A DNA stretch of 20,276 bases from a virus: the UHGV virus genome UHGV-1757948. One strand, written 5' to 3'. Positions 1 through 8,672 of this stretch are shown piece by piece. The translations under genes and the position numbers were made by a program. Positions within the stretch are counted from its first letter, which is position 1; the number at the start of each line of letters is the position of its first letter. The notes below the pieces were generated by a model. The model saw nothing but the letters and a program-made list of their open reading frames with translations, searched no databases and was not told the DNA's origin.

Positions 1-1
1 A

Positions 2-3000
2 GTAAGATATAATCAAGAAGAGCATCTTCTGTATGTCAGCAACTATACTTGTAAAGCCGATGATAGCATACTTTATGAAATAAGTGTGGATTTAACAGAC
101 ACCCTGACCGTGTCTCAATCCTCATTCAGAGCACAGCTCGATTCCATAAAAACAGAGATACTTACATCCCTGACTTATGGCATGCGTGGTGACATTTTAG
201 CACAATGCGCGAAGTATTTTCTGCGGAAAGACAGTCCGGACACAGCCTTGGATATTATAACATTCCTCAAAGGGCTGCTTGTGGGAGACGGAGACTACGG
301 CATAGATGCGGACGGTACCGCACGGCTGAAGAAACTTCTTGCCGACGAAGCCACAATGAAAACGCTGACCGTGACAGGAAGGGCACATTTCTTCGAGCTT
401 GTCATAGATGAGCTGAACAGCGTCGGAGGTCAACTGATACTGTCCGCTGCTAACTGCACGGTACGCTCTGTCGAAAGAATAAGCGGAGCATGGCGTCTGT
501 GGTGGCTGGCGGAGGACAGCGACGGCAGAGCCGTGCAGAACATGTGGAAGGTCGGAGACCAGGCTCTGGCAATGACATCCAATCTTGCCGAGGGGACATC
601 ATATGATGCAGGAAACAGACTATGGTGGAGACTTGTCACGGCAACAGGGAGCGGAACACGGAACATTGACGGTGAGGACAGAAAGTGCCATTGGATTGAA
701 GTGTCTGAAGCCACGTGCGCGGCTGACAGCCTTGAGCCTGCAGAGGGTGACAGCGTTTGTCTGTGCGGACACCGTGGTGACGACACAGCGCGCAGCCATG
801 CGATAATAATAGCCGCCCACTCCACTCCGGATACCGAGCTGGAGAGTCCGTCATTCGCGCAATACAACGGAATCACAAGTTTTTCTCTAAGCCAGTACCG
901 CACGACATGGTTCGCGGCTAACGGCAATAAGATAAGAGGCGAGCTGGATGTGGACACTTCCGGTCTTGTCAGCTACACGCACCTTGCATGGGGAAACGGT
1001 CCGGACGACTGGACAAAGGACAAATCCCAGAGCACGGCAAAAGACTGGCTCATGCTCGGCATATGCACAGACCGCACGGAGAGCGACGTGGCTCTCGTCT
1101 ACAGCGACTATGCATGGTCAAGGATTAAAGGTACTGACGGAAAGACCACATACTTCCATGTGAAATATTCTTCAAACGAGAACGGAAATCCCATGACAGA
1201 GACGCCCAACCTCTACATCGGCACATACGTTGACTTCACTGAGGCAGACAGCAACGACCCCTCGGACTACACGTGGTCACGCTTCCAAGGATATGACGGG
1301 GAGCAGGGGATACCGGGGAAAAACGGTACGGACGGAAAGACAAGCTACCTTCACATCAAATATTCCGACGACGGGGGAAAGACGTTCACCGCCAGCAACG
1401 GTGAGACACCGGGTGCGTGGCTCGGGCAATGCGTAGACTTCAACTCATATGACCCGACAAGCGTTACCTCATATAAGTGGACACGGATACGCGGTGAGGA
1501 CGGAGCGGACGGAAGTGACGGTGAACCCGGCACGGACGGGCAGGACGGATTCTCGTGGGCACTTGACCCTGCCGCCATAACATTGGAGGCTGACAGTGAC
1601 GGTGTGGTGAGCATGCAGGATGCGACATCACGTCTGCGCGCATGGCTCGGCACGCGCGAGATGACTGTCACCATTACCGCCATAGAGCCAGTGCACTGTC
1701 TTGCGTCACGCAACGGGGCGCAGGTTACAATAACCGCAATAGGGACATATACGGCAGACTGGGGAGGTTCGGTGCCGTACGGAGCGGGATGGGTGCAGAT
1801 TACGGCACAGGCAACACTGGGAGGAGAGACCCGCAGTGTGAGCTGCCGCCTGTCCTTCACTGTATCGTCCATGGCACTCTCATCGCAGATTAAGGCTGAG
1901 ACGGACAGCATAAGCCTTAAAGTCGGCTATCTTGGGGCAAAGGACGGAAACATGGTGACCACTCCTGACATATTCCTGACAGGGAACGGGAACAAGACAT
2001 ACACAATCGGGGACATGTCAAGCCTGCGCGGAAAGACAATAACGGTATCATGCCTTGTCAAGACCGTATCCGCGGTTCCGGCGGCATCTGGCAACAGACG
2101 TATCGGCATGGAGCCCATGGTACGGTATGCCGACGGCAGCACGCAGTATCTCGGAACATGGAGGCAGATAACATCCACGGACACGTTCGAGGGACGCATA
2201 AGCTCCACACACAGGATACAGGATAAGGCTGTGGCGTCGGTAGAACAGTGTAACCTGTATATACAGGGCATATCATCAGGATACTCGTCCGTATCGCGTC
2301 CAAAGATAGAGACAGGTGCGGACGCGACAGACTGGGGACTCAGCGCGGAGGACAGGCTTAAAAGACCGAATCTTCTTCCAGGAACATCGGACTTCAGCCA
2401 ATGCACCGTACAGGATACCGTAGAGGCAGGAGCATACACGACACCTTACGGAGAAAAAATAAGCGTGGCACACGGTGTGAACGAAGCCGGGACATCATAC
2501 AAGGACGTCATCACATGGCGCAACGTGGTGCCCGAGCCGGGCGTACAGTATACGCTCTCATTCTGGGCGCGCGGCACAGGCAGCATCGGCTCGTACTTCT
2601 ATCCGAACTGCACCGACTGGGTCACAAGTCCGGGGACGAAGAACCAGACAGGTGTGACAGACGGATTCGTACAGTTCACGCTTGAAAGCGGATGGAACCG
2701 CTACCAGGTGACATGGAGCACACGCAACGATGTAAGCGGAGCGAAAAGTCTCATAGCGGCACGGCTCATGCCGGACAGTTCTGCACAGGGAGAGATCTGG
2801 ATATGCGGAGTGAAGCTGGAGAAAGGCAGCGAGGCGACAGACTGGCGTTCGGAGACAATCACGCACGACGAGCTGCAGGCGACAGGAATAGACATTGAGC
2901 ACAAGCGCATAAAGGTCACTGCCGACAACTTCGAGATACAGAACAACTCAGGCGAGACTGTCACCACTGTCGACGAGGCGGGCACCCTTACAGGTGTGAT

Positions 3001-3778
3001 GCTCCGCACTATGGACGAAGGACAGGGGCATGTGGAGATAAAGGGAGGACTGATTGAGGTAAAGAACCCTAACGGTGTGACCAACATCAAAATGGGATAT
3101 AACGGCTCATACATGGTACTGTCATATTATGACAATGACGGTACGTTCCTTTATGACCTCGGACCGTGGGGACTGTCCGGCAAGGATGTCTCGGAAGAAC
3201 GGTGGGAGACCAGCAGCAAATACGGACGCCTGCAGCTGACAGGGACCACATTCTCCACCGTAGGCGACATCGTTGGCAACAAACAGATAATGAACACCAT
3301 ATTCCAATATGGTCATGTGTACACGAAAACACCTTTGTACATGTATCTTGCAGGGCGCGTAAACGACACATATCTCAGCGGTGACTACGCCTCCACTCCG
3401 GAGATTGCAAGAGCCGCGAACGGCAGATGGTTCATGGAGCAGGGTAATGTGACCACGGCACAGGCTGTCACAGGAATGTGGGCGCAGGACAATCCGGAAT
3501 CGTTCATGATAGGCTCGCCTATGGACACACCGCCAATGGACTATACGCGATATGAAGATGACTATGCGGAAAAGGTGGATTTCTCCAGACAATGGTGCTC
3601 GCGCAATGTGTACAGATTCTCGAACATCGGAATCGTACAACCGGGAAGCGGCACCGTATACTACGGCAGCATGATAACGACAACAGCCGTATACATGAAT
3701 TATGACAGGGTGCAGATGATACAGATTAATCGCATTGACGATGATGACACGGACACGAACGGAAACATATATTTATGA
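2..3778 (+). CDS. Phage tail fibre / host-specificity protein with collagen-like Gly-X-Y runs, three ~55-aa tandem repeats and a C-terminal carbohydrate-binding-like domain; likely 5'-partial (first in-frame start is GTG at 86)
   Basis: The frame is open from position 2 to the stop at 3776-3778; the ORF track reports 86..3778 (1230 aa). Gly-X-Y runs (GEQGIPGKNGTDGKT; GEDGADGSDGEPGTDGQDG) are present. Three tandem repeats of the type SY.H.KYS..G...T...GETPG....DF.....DY.W.RI.G.DG resemble host-specificity proteins of Gram-positive phages. The C-terminal segment (YTLSFWARG...GWNRYQVTW...IWICGVKLEKGSEATDW) looks like a beta-sandwich CBM. Confidence 0.8.
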   Translation, partial: VRYNQEEHLLYVSNYTCKADDSILYEISVDLTDTLTVSQSSFRAQLDSIKTEILTSLTYGMRGDILAQCAKYFLRKDSPDTALDIITFLKGLLVGDGDYGIDADGTARLKKLLADEATMKTLTVTGRAHFFELVIDELNSVGGQLILSAANCTVRSVERISGAWRLWWLAEDSDGRAVQNMWKVGDQALAMTSNLAEGTSYDAGNRLWWRLVTATGSGTRNIDGEDRKCHWIEVSEATCAADSLEPAEGDSVCLCGHRGDDTARSHAIIIAAHSTPDTELESPSFAQYNGITSFSLSQYRTTWFAANGNKIRGELDVDTSGLVSYTHLAWGNGPDDWTKDKSQSTAKDWLMLGICTDRTESDVALVYSDYAWSRIKGTDGKTTYFHVKYSSNENGNPMTETPNLYIGTYVDFTEADSNDPSDYTWSRFQGYDGEQGIPGKNGTDGKTSYLHIKYSDDGGKTFTASNGETPGAWLGQCVDFNSYDPTSVTSYKWTRIRGEDGADGSDGEPGTDGQDGFSWALDPAAITLEADSDGVVSMQDATSRLRAWLGTREMTVTITAIEPVHCLASRNGAQVTITAIGTYTADWGGSVPYGAGWVQITAQATLGGETRSVSCRLSFTVSSMALSSQIKAETDSISLKVGYLGAKDGNMVTTPDIFLTGNGNKTYTIGDMSSLRGKTITVSCLVKTVSAVPAASGNRRIGMEPMVRYADGSTQYLGTWRQITSTDTFEGRISSTHRIQDKAVASVEQCNLYIQGISSGYSSVSRPKIETGADATDWGLSAEDRLKRPNLLPGTSDFSQCTVQDTVEAGAYTTPYGEKISVAHGVNEAGTSYKDVITWRNVVPEPGVQYTLSFWARGTGSIGSYFYPNCTDWVTSPGTKNQTGVTDGFVQFTLESGWNRYQVTWSTRNDVSGAKSLIAARLMPDSSAQGEIWICGVKLEKGSEATDWRSETITHDELQATGIDIEHKRIKVTADNFEIQNNSGETVTTVDEAGTLTGVMLRTMDEGQGHVEIKGGLIEVKNPNGVTNIKMGYNGSYMVLSYYDNDGTFLYDLGPWGLSGKDVSEERWETSSKYGRLQLTGTTFSTVGDIVGNKQIMNTIFQYGHVYTKTPLYMYLAGRVNDTYLSGDYASTPEIARAANGRWFMEQGNVTTAQAVTGMWAQDNPESFMIGSPMDTPPMDYTRYEDDYAEKVDFSRQWCSRNVYRFSNIGIVQPGSGTVYYGSMITTTAVYMNYDRVQMIQINRIDDDDTDTNGNIYL

Positions 3779-3800
3779 TAAAAAAACAGGAGGACAGTAT

Positions 3801-3908
3801 ATGACATTGACAACATTGAACTTTTCCAAGACCGGAGGCTTGTGGCATGCGGAATGGACACATGGCGGTGAGGGAATATTACAGATAGACGGTGAGCCGG
3901 AACAGTAA
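3801..3908 (+). CDS. Small hypothetical protein (35 aa)
   Basis: An ATG preceded by a canonical SD (cAGGAGGacagtatATG) lies in the gap between the two tail-fibre genes. The ORF is too short for the 60-aa track and has no recognisable motif. Confidence 0.35.
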   Translation: MTLTTLNFSKTGGLWHAEWTHGGEGILQIDGEPEQ

Positions 3909-3924
3909 AGAAAGGAGACAGACC

Positions 3925-4578
3925 ATGAGACGTATAAGAATAGGAAACGACATCATTCTGCGCATAAGGCTTACACGCCGTGGCGGTGCAGAGAACCTCG
4001 AGGGAAAGAAAATAGGTCTTATGCTGCGCAACATTCTCGGCAGTGTGAGCCTTCTTGTAGTACAGTCAGGAGGGGAGCTGATAGCAGGATGGCAGGGCAC
4101 ACAGCAGCAGTGGACAGGTGCGTATACAGTGACACTCACAGAGGATTGGGGCGAGAACAACCGCAACACCGTGGATGAGGCATGCGCCTTCGAGCTTGTG
4201 TCAATAAGCAGCGACGAGGGTGTGGAGACCGGCACCGTGAACATCGAGCTTGACATGGACATCAGCGTGCCGGGCAACGGTCTGTCCGCCTATGAGATAG
4301 CCGTGCTGCACGGCTTTGAGGGCACAGAAGAAGAATGGCTGGAGAGTTTAAAGCCCGACACGAGTAATTTTGTGACAACCGAACAAGTAGCGGAAGACTA
4401 TCAGCCAAAGGGAGATTATGTTACAGAAGCACCTAAGGATGGGAAAAACTATGTACGGAAAGATGGAAGCTGGACTGAGTTTGCAGGAAGTGGAAAAGCT
4501 AATGCCTTTTTTTCGAATAATATCCTTAAATTTGAGAGCGGAGGAGCACAATTTAACAACAACATATTAATAATTTGA
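3925..4578 (+). CDS. Phage tail-fibre protein (BppU-like N-terminal motif; C-terminal YQPKGDY repeats)
   Basis: The start ATG at 3925 has an SD (aAAGGAGacagaccATG); the track's 3892 start lacks an RBS. It contains GNGLSAYEIAVLHGFEGTEEEWLESLK, the characteristic SAYEIAV-GF-GTE-EWL-SLKG motif of Gram-positive phage tail-fibre/baseplate proteins. A sharp GC drop at ~4340 occurs inside the gene. Confidence 0.7.
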   Translation: MRRIRIGNDIILRIRLTRRGGAENLEGKKIGLMLRNILGSVSLLVVQSGGELIAGWQGTQQQWTGAYTVTLTEDWGENNRNTVDEACAFELVSISSDEGVETGTVNIELDMDISVPGNGLSAYEIAVLHGFEGTEEEWLESLKPDTSNFVTTEQVAEDYQPKGDYVTEAPKDGKNYVRKDGSWTEFAGSGKANAFFSNNILKFESGGAQFNNNILII

Positions 4579-4580
4579 TT

Positions 4581-5315
4581 ATGTCAGAAAAAATTAGCCA
4601 AATTCAGATTAACGCCGACGTCAGAGATATAGAAGACGCGCAGGCATTACACAAAGGTGATAGTTTAGGCACAATAAATGGACAGTCTTTTAATGAAGGT
4701 AATGACTTAAACATTGAAGTTGGTACCAATGATTACAATGCCCTTAAAAACAAGCCACAAATAAACGGACATGAGTTGTCTGGGAATAAATCAGCAAAAG
4801 ATTTAGGCTTACAAGAAGCAGGTGACTATGTAACTCCCGAAGATATACCCGATGTGAGCGAACTGGCAACAAAGACAGAATTGGCAGAAGGACTGGAAGG
4901 CAAGCAGCCAAAGGGTGATTATGCCACAAAGGCAGAAATACCAGATGTGAGTGGATTTATTACCTCTTCACAAGCGGAAGAAAAATATCAGCCGAAAGGA
5001 ACTTATGTCACCACGACTGAACTATCTAAAAAGGCAGATAAAATCGCAACCGAAAATGTAGCCGAAACTACAAAGGAATTGCAACCGAACAAGTATTACA
5101 TATTTGGCGAAGTTGCCACACTTACCATAACTCTTGCAGCAGGAGAAGAAAATGTCCTTGCTGAATACATGTTTGAGTTTACAAGCGGCACAACTCCAAC
5201 AATATTGTCACTGCCCGAGGACGTTAAATGGATAGGTGAAAGCACGATTGAGGCAAGCAAGACATATCAAGTGAGCATCGTCAATAATATAGCAGTCATG
5301 GGAGGTGCAGCATGA
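4581..5315 (+). CDS. Phage tail-fibre repeat protein
   Basis: The ATG at 4581 lies just after the stop of the preceding gene. The protein has repeated YxPKGDYVT..IPDVS motifs (E.YQPKGDY / KQPKGDYATKAEIPDVS / KYQPKGTYVTTTEL) shared with the C-terminus of the preceding protein. The coding sequence is AT-rich. Confidence 0.6.
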   Translation: MSEKISQIQINADVRDIEDAQALHKGDSLGTINGQSFNEGNDLNIEVGTNDYNALKNKPQINGHELSGNKSAKDLGLQEAGDYVTPEDIPDVSELATKTELAEGLEGKQPKGDYATKAEIPDVSGFITSSQAEEKYQPKGTYVTTTELSKKADKIATENVAETTKELQPNKYYIFGEVATLTITLAAGEENVLAEYMFEFTSGTTPTILSLPEDVKWIGESTIEASKTYQVSIVNNIAVMGGAA

Positions 5316-6001
5316 GCATATACAGACGCAGGCTTATGATAGCCAACACACTTAAAAAGAGTGACAGCAACATAAATTATCCTGGACTTATTGCAGCATG
5401 GTCGGCAGCAGGAAAGAGCAATGACGATGCTGATAGAAACGTGTTGCACGATTTGACGGGTAATGGGCTTGACATTACGCTGAACGGCTTTGCGTTCAAT
5501 ACAGAAGGAAGTGGCTATGGACATCCCGAATACCCCGATGCTCTTGTCTTTGACGGAGTGGATGATTACGGTATTAATGAGGAAATGCCGATATTGACTG
5601 ATTATACGGTTATTGTTAAGAGAGAAATATTTAGTGGCGGATTATATTCTCATGTAATCGGAAAACGTACAGGCTCTATACCGGGAGCTTTTTGGTTTGA
5701 AAGAGGTAAAGGAGATACTCATAGCTTTGGAATGGCTAATTCAATCAATATATTAAATGAAAGTATATCTTGGCAGTCCACGACAAGCTATAACGGGACA
5801 CCTATAGAAAAAGGTGAAGCTGAGGATATTCATGAATTAACGATAGGTGTAGCAAGCAAAACATATCCAGATTTTAGGGGTATGGCTTTCTACTCCGCCT
5901 ACCTCTTTGACCGCTCATTGGGTGAGCAGGAGATAAAGTCATTTATTAGAAAGTATATAGACGCAGACTATCTGTTACCGAGTGAACAAACAACAGAATA
6001 A
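5312..6001 (+). CDS. Putative receptor-binding protein with a concanavalin-A/LamG-like lectin fold
   Basis: The ATG overlaps the upstream stop (ATGA) and is preceded by GGAGG. The beta-rich composition and the pattern (LVFDGVDDYG...TVIVKRE...GAFWFERGKGDTHSFGM...TIGVASKTYPDFRGMAFYSAYLFDRSL) are typical of jelly-roll lectin domains at the distal end of tail fibres. This assignment is inferred from composition and pattern only. Confidence 0.45.
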   Translation: MSIYRRRLMIANTLKKSDSNINYPGLIAAWSAAGKSNDDADRNVLHDLTGNGLDITLNGFAFNTEGSGYGHPEYPDALVFDGVDDYGINEEMPILTDYTVIVKREIFSGGLYSHVIGKRTGSIPGAFWFERGKGDTHSFGMANSINILNESISWQSTTSYNGTPIEKGEAEDIHELTIGVASKTYPDFRGMAFYSAYLFDRSLGEQEIKSFIRKYIDADYLLPSEQTTE

Positions 6002-6006
6002 AGAAT

Positions 6007-6663
6007 ATGAGATTTATTATAGCAACAATAGCACAAGCAAAGGCGCACGGAATTGAGATTATATCGACAATGCGCCAATCAGTGGATAAGACACAAGTAG
6101 TGTTCCACGAAGAATATGTAAAGAACATTGACGAATTTAATGCCTTAAAGAGGTATGAATTTGATGATGCTGAATTTACAGACCTTATGGCAAGTGAAGC
6201 ATGGACACACGGAGAAGATTATGTGCAGCCAAATGAGGACTTTGCAAAGGTATTAGCCATGCAGATATTGACAGCAGACACAAAGGCGCAGATAAACACC
6301 ATGTCGCTGTCTAACAACGAGGCTCTGAAAGTTAAGGAGTTTTATCCCGAATGGAAAGAAGGAATTGACGTCAACAAAGGCGAAAAGTACAACTGTGACG
6401 ATGACCTTTGGGAAGCACTTACAACGCATAAGACGCAGGCGAATTGGCGTCCGTCTTTGGAAACCGCATCTATATGGAAACATATTGACGAGGAACATGA
6501 GGGCACAGAGGACGACCCGATACCATACGCACCGCCTATGGAGTTGTTCAACGGTAAATATTACACGCAAGACGAGGTAAAATACAGGTGTACCCGTGAC
6601 AGCGGAATACCTTTGTCACAGAACCTGAGTGAACTTGTGGGATTATATGTGGAACTTGTTTAA
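6007..6663 (+). CDS. Hypothetical protein (acidic, tail-fibre-associated; function unknown)
   Basis: A 218-aa ORF with coding-like composition, on the same strand and in the same AT-rich cassette as the preceding tail genes. Confidence 0.5.
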   Translation: MRFIIATIAQAKAHGIEIISTMRQSVDKTQVVFHEEYVKNIDEFNALKRYEFDDAEFTDLMASEAWTHGEDYVQPNEDFAKVLAMQILTADTKAQINTMSLSNNEALKVKEFYPEWKEGIDVNKGEKYNCDDDLWEALTTHKTQANWRPSLETASIWKHIDEEHEGTEDDPIPYAPPMELFNGKYYTQDEVKYRCTRDSGIPLSQNLSELVGLYVELV

Positions 6664-6680
6664 TTTAAAAACCAAAGACT

Positions 6681-6944
6681 ATGAAGGAAAAAGTTATCAG
6701 ATTCGTGACAAACAGATGGTTCGGCTTCGTGGCAGGACTGGTAATCGCAATGCTGTACATGTGGCAGGAACAGAGCCTCGGCAGCGTCAACGCGTGGATA
6801 ATGGGAATCATCACACCTATGCTCTTCGGAGCGTTCGCCGAGGTGGTGAGACATGTCACCACGGAGGACACGTACAAGTGGAAGAACCTGCTGTGGTGGC
6901 TCGCGGGAGCTGTCATTGGAGTAGTGGCGATGCTTGTGGTTTGA
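6681..6944 (+). CDS. Holin-like small membrane protein (3 predicted TM segments)
   Basis: An 87-aa protein with three hydrophobic stretches (WFGFVAGLVIAMLYMW; AWIMGIITPMLFGAFA; LLWWLAGAVIGVVAMLVV) and charged termini. It lies immediately upstream of a second small membrane protein and the amidase. Confidence 0.5.
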   Translation: MKEKVIRFVTNRWFGFVAGLVIAMLYMWQEQSLGSVNAWIMGIITPMLFGAFAEVVRHVTTEDTYKWKNLLWWLAGAVIGVVAMLVV

Positions 6945-6956
6945 TTCCCGGCATCC

Positions 6957-6983
6957 AGGGCAGGGACTCATATGCCCTGCCCT
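6957..6983 (+). promoter_or_regulatory. GC-rich hairpin (9-bp stem AGGGCAGGG/CCCTGCCCT, 9-nt loop) between the two holin-like genes
   Basis: The inverted repeat is seen directly in the sequence. There is no clean U-tract downstream, so it may be an attenuator or processing element rather than an intrinsic terminator. Confidence 0.3.
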
Positions 6984-7026
6984 ATCATTTGACTTGATGT
7001 ATGTACGAATAAAAAAACAAGGGAGA

Positions 7027-7260
7027 ATGAACAAGATTATAATGTGGTTTAAGACAAGCAACCGATGGAAGCATCTGCTTGGCGGTCTGATTATCGGTAT
7101 GGGAGCGGATGATATATACTGTGCGGCATACGCAGGCATAGGCGTTGCGGCAGCCCTTGAACTGAAAGACAGGCAATGGGGCGGCAAATGGGACTGGACA
7201 GACTTCGGGCTGACAACAGCCGGAACAGTTGTGGGACAATGCATAAGGATGATGATATGA
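7027..7260 (+). CDS. Small membrane protein (second holin/antiholin candidate)
   Basis: The start is placed at MNKIIMWFK, which has a partial SD (aAGGGAGaATG); the track ORF begins at 6934 but has no RBS. Two hydrophobic segments are present (LLGGLIIGMGA; IYCAAYAGIGVAAAL). The stop overlaps the next start (ATGA). Confidence 0.45.
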   Translation: MNKIIMWFKTSNRWKHLLGGLIIGMGADDIYCAAYAGIGVAAALELKDRQWGGKWDWTDFGLTTAGTVVGQCIRMMI

Positions 7261-7865
7261 ACGAGGTACAAAGCACATTGGAGGTCGCAAAAGGCATAAG
7301 CGACTATGGGATAATGATAGTCATCTGCGCGGTGTTCCTGCTGCTCGCCTCAGGTCTGATGATTGCGTGTTTCCGCTGGTTCAAATCAGCGATAAGCAAC
7401 ATAATATCCTACACTGACGAGCTGCGCGAGCTTAACGGAAAGCTGGAAAACAACAACCACGTCATGGTGACGATAGCGGAGGGACTGATGCCTGAGACAC
7501 AACTGCGGATAAAGAACATATCCGGAGCGTTCTTTGACCTTGCGGTGGAGAAAGTATGCAGACTCCTGAAGAAAATAAGGGAGGAGAACCATATAGCCGA
7601 CAAGGAAAGGACAAAGGCTAAGATACGCACCCTGCTGAGCAACATGTATGAGGACAGGAACAGCAAGTTCGACAATTTCCATTACCGTGGGAAAAAGCTC
7701 TCGGAGTACTGCAATCCGGAATGGACAGAATGGGTGGCGAAAGTAATAGAGGGAGAGCTGTACAATGAGAACGGTGCGAACAACGGAAGAGCCTACACCA
7801 ACGTCAGCGCAGTATATGACAATATAAAATTGGACTTTTATCACAGAATGACAGACCAGATATGA
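7257..7865 (+). CDS. Signal-anchored (single N-terminal TM) protein of the lysis cassette; function unknown
   Basis: The start ATG at 7257 overlaps the upstream stop (ATGA), whereas the track start at 7176 overlaps the previous gene by 85 nt. There is one TM segment (IMIVICAVFLLLASGLMIACF) followed by a soluble, charged, helical domain. Confidence 0.5.
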   Translation: MNEVQSTLEVAKGISDYGIMIVICAVFLLLASGLMIACFRWFKSAISNIISYTDELRELNGKLENNNHVMVTIAEGLMPETQLRIKNISGAFFDLAVEKVCRLLKKIREENHIADKERTKAKIRTLLSNMYEDRNSKFDNFHYRGKKLSEYCNPEWTEWVAKVIEGELYNENGANNGRAYTNVSAVYDNIKLDFYHRMTDQI

Positions 7866-7895
7866 CGATAAACGCATTTTACAACATTATAAATC

Positions 7896-8489
7896 ATGGA
7901 AAAGTTTAAAGTTATACTTGATGCGGGACACGGAAGGGACACCGCAGGGAAACGTTCGCCTGACGGACGCCTGCTCGAATACGCATACGCCCGTGAGATT
8001 GCAGTGCGTCTTGAAAGGGAACTCAAGGCACGTGGATATGACGCGCAGCGCATTGTGCCCGAGGAAAACGACATCTGCCTGAAAGAGCGGTGCGAAAGGG
8101 CAAACAGAATTTATGCCGCGACAGGAAAGAAAGCGATACTTGTCTCAATACACTGTAACGCGGCTGGTGCCGACGGCAAATGGCATGACGCCAGAGGATG
8201 GTCGGCTTATGTCTCGCGCAACGCTTCAAAGAAGAGCAAAGAGCTCGCCTGCCGTCTGATTGACGCGGCAGAGACACAAGGACTGAAAGTCCGAAGATAC
8301 TCACAGGATGAGCCATATTGGACACAGAATCTCGCAATATGCCGTGACACAAATTGTCCCGCAGTCCTGACTGAAAACCTTTTTCAGGACAACCGGGAGG
8401 ACGTGGACTATCTGCTGAGCGAGAAAGGCAAGCGAACCATTGTGGAGCTGCACGTGGAAGGCATCATGGCGTACTTGGGGAAAGTGTGA
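7896..8489 (+). CDS. N-acetylmuramoyl-L-alanine amidase (Amidase_3/CwlA-type endolysin)
   Basis: It carries the diagnostic Amidase_3 motifs: ILDAGHG.DTAGKRS, E..YA..IA, SIHCNAAG and LTENLFQDN.ED.DYL. It follows the holin-like genes. Confidence 0.85.
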   Translation: MEKFKVILDAGHGRDTAGKRSPDGRLLEYAYAREIAVRLERELKARGYDAQRIVPEENDICLKERCERANRIYAATGKKAILVSIHCNAAGADGKWHDARGWSAYVSRNASKKSKELACRLIDAAETQGLKVRRYSQDEPYWTQNLAICRDTNCPAVLTENLFQDNREDVDYLLSEKGKRTIVELHVEGIMAYLGKV

Positions 8490-8515
8490 GCTCGTTTCCA
8501 AAATGGAAATAACTG

Positions 8516-8544
8516 ACGACAGTTGCAAATTCCGCAACCGTCGT
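8516..8544 (+). terminator. Imperfect hairpin downstream of the amidase gene (possible terminator without a U-tract)
   Basis: ACGACAGTTGC-aaattcc-GCAACCGTCGT forms an 11-bp stem with one mismatch, ~25 nt after the amidase stop. No T-run follows, so the assignment is weak. Confidence 0.25.
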
Positions 8545-8647
8545 AAAGGCGTTCTTTGACATTGTGGGTTGCCGTTAAAAATACAATATTTTCGAAAAAT
8601 TATATACAATTATTTTGGGAAATTATATATCTTTGCACAATATAAGA

Positions 8648-8669
8648 AGCCCTTACGGCAATAAGGGCT
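8648..8669 (+). promoter_or_regulatory. Hairpin AGCCCTTA-cggcaa-TAAGGGCT immediately 5' of the ATG at 8673, inside an AT-rich 180-bp intergenic region
   Basis: A perfect 8-bp inverted repeat ends 3 nt before the start codon and would occlude the translation-initiation region. The surrounding region (8490-8672) is AT-rich and promoter-like (TATATACAAT, TATCTTTG). Confidence 0.3.
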
Positions 8670-8672
8670 GAA

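Noticed and set aside
197-3640. Numerous 60-190-aa ORFs on the minus strand, and in other plus frames, inside the tail-fibre gene. Examples are 197..433, 430..957, 1351..1911, 1927..2439 and 3122..3640.
   Set aside because: All are nested in or antisense to a 3.7-kb ORF with clear phage tail-protein repeats. Their translations are Cys/Arg/Pro/Ser-rich low-complexity, as expected for antisense frames of GC-rich coding DNA.
86-6001. Diversity-generating retroelement targeting the tail fibre.
   Set aside because: No reverse-transcriptase ORF is present anywhere in the window. No template/variable repeat pair with A-specific mismatches could be identified near the 3' ends of the fibre genes.
8600-8640. 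Bacteroidetes-type promoter (TAnnTTTG -7 motif TATCTTTG at 8628-8635), which would suggest a Bacteroidales host.
   Set aside because: Core genes carry perfect AGGAGG Shine-Dalgarno sites, which is not Bacteroidetes-like. The endolysin and YopX protein are Firmicutes-typical. The motif is a single AT-rich match and could be chance; it is retained only as a hint that the accessory island may be foreign.
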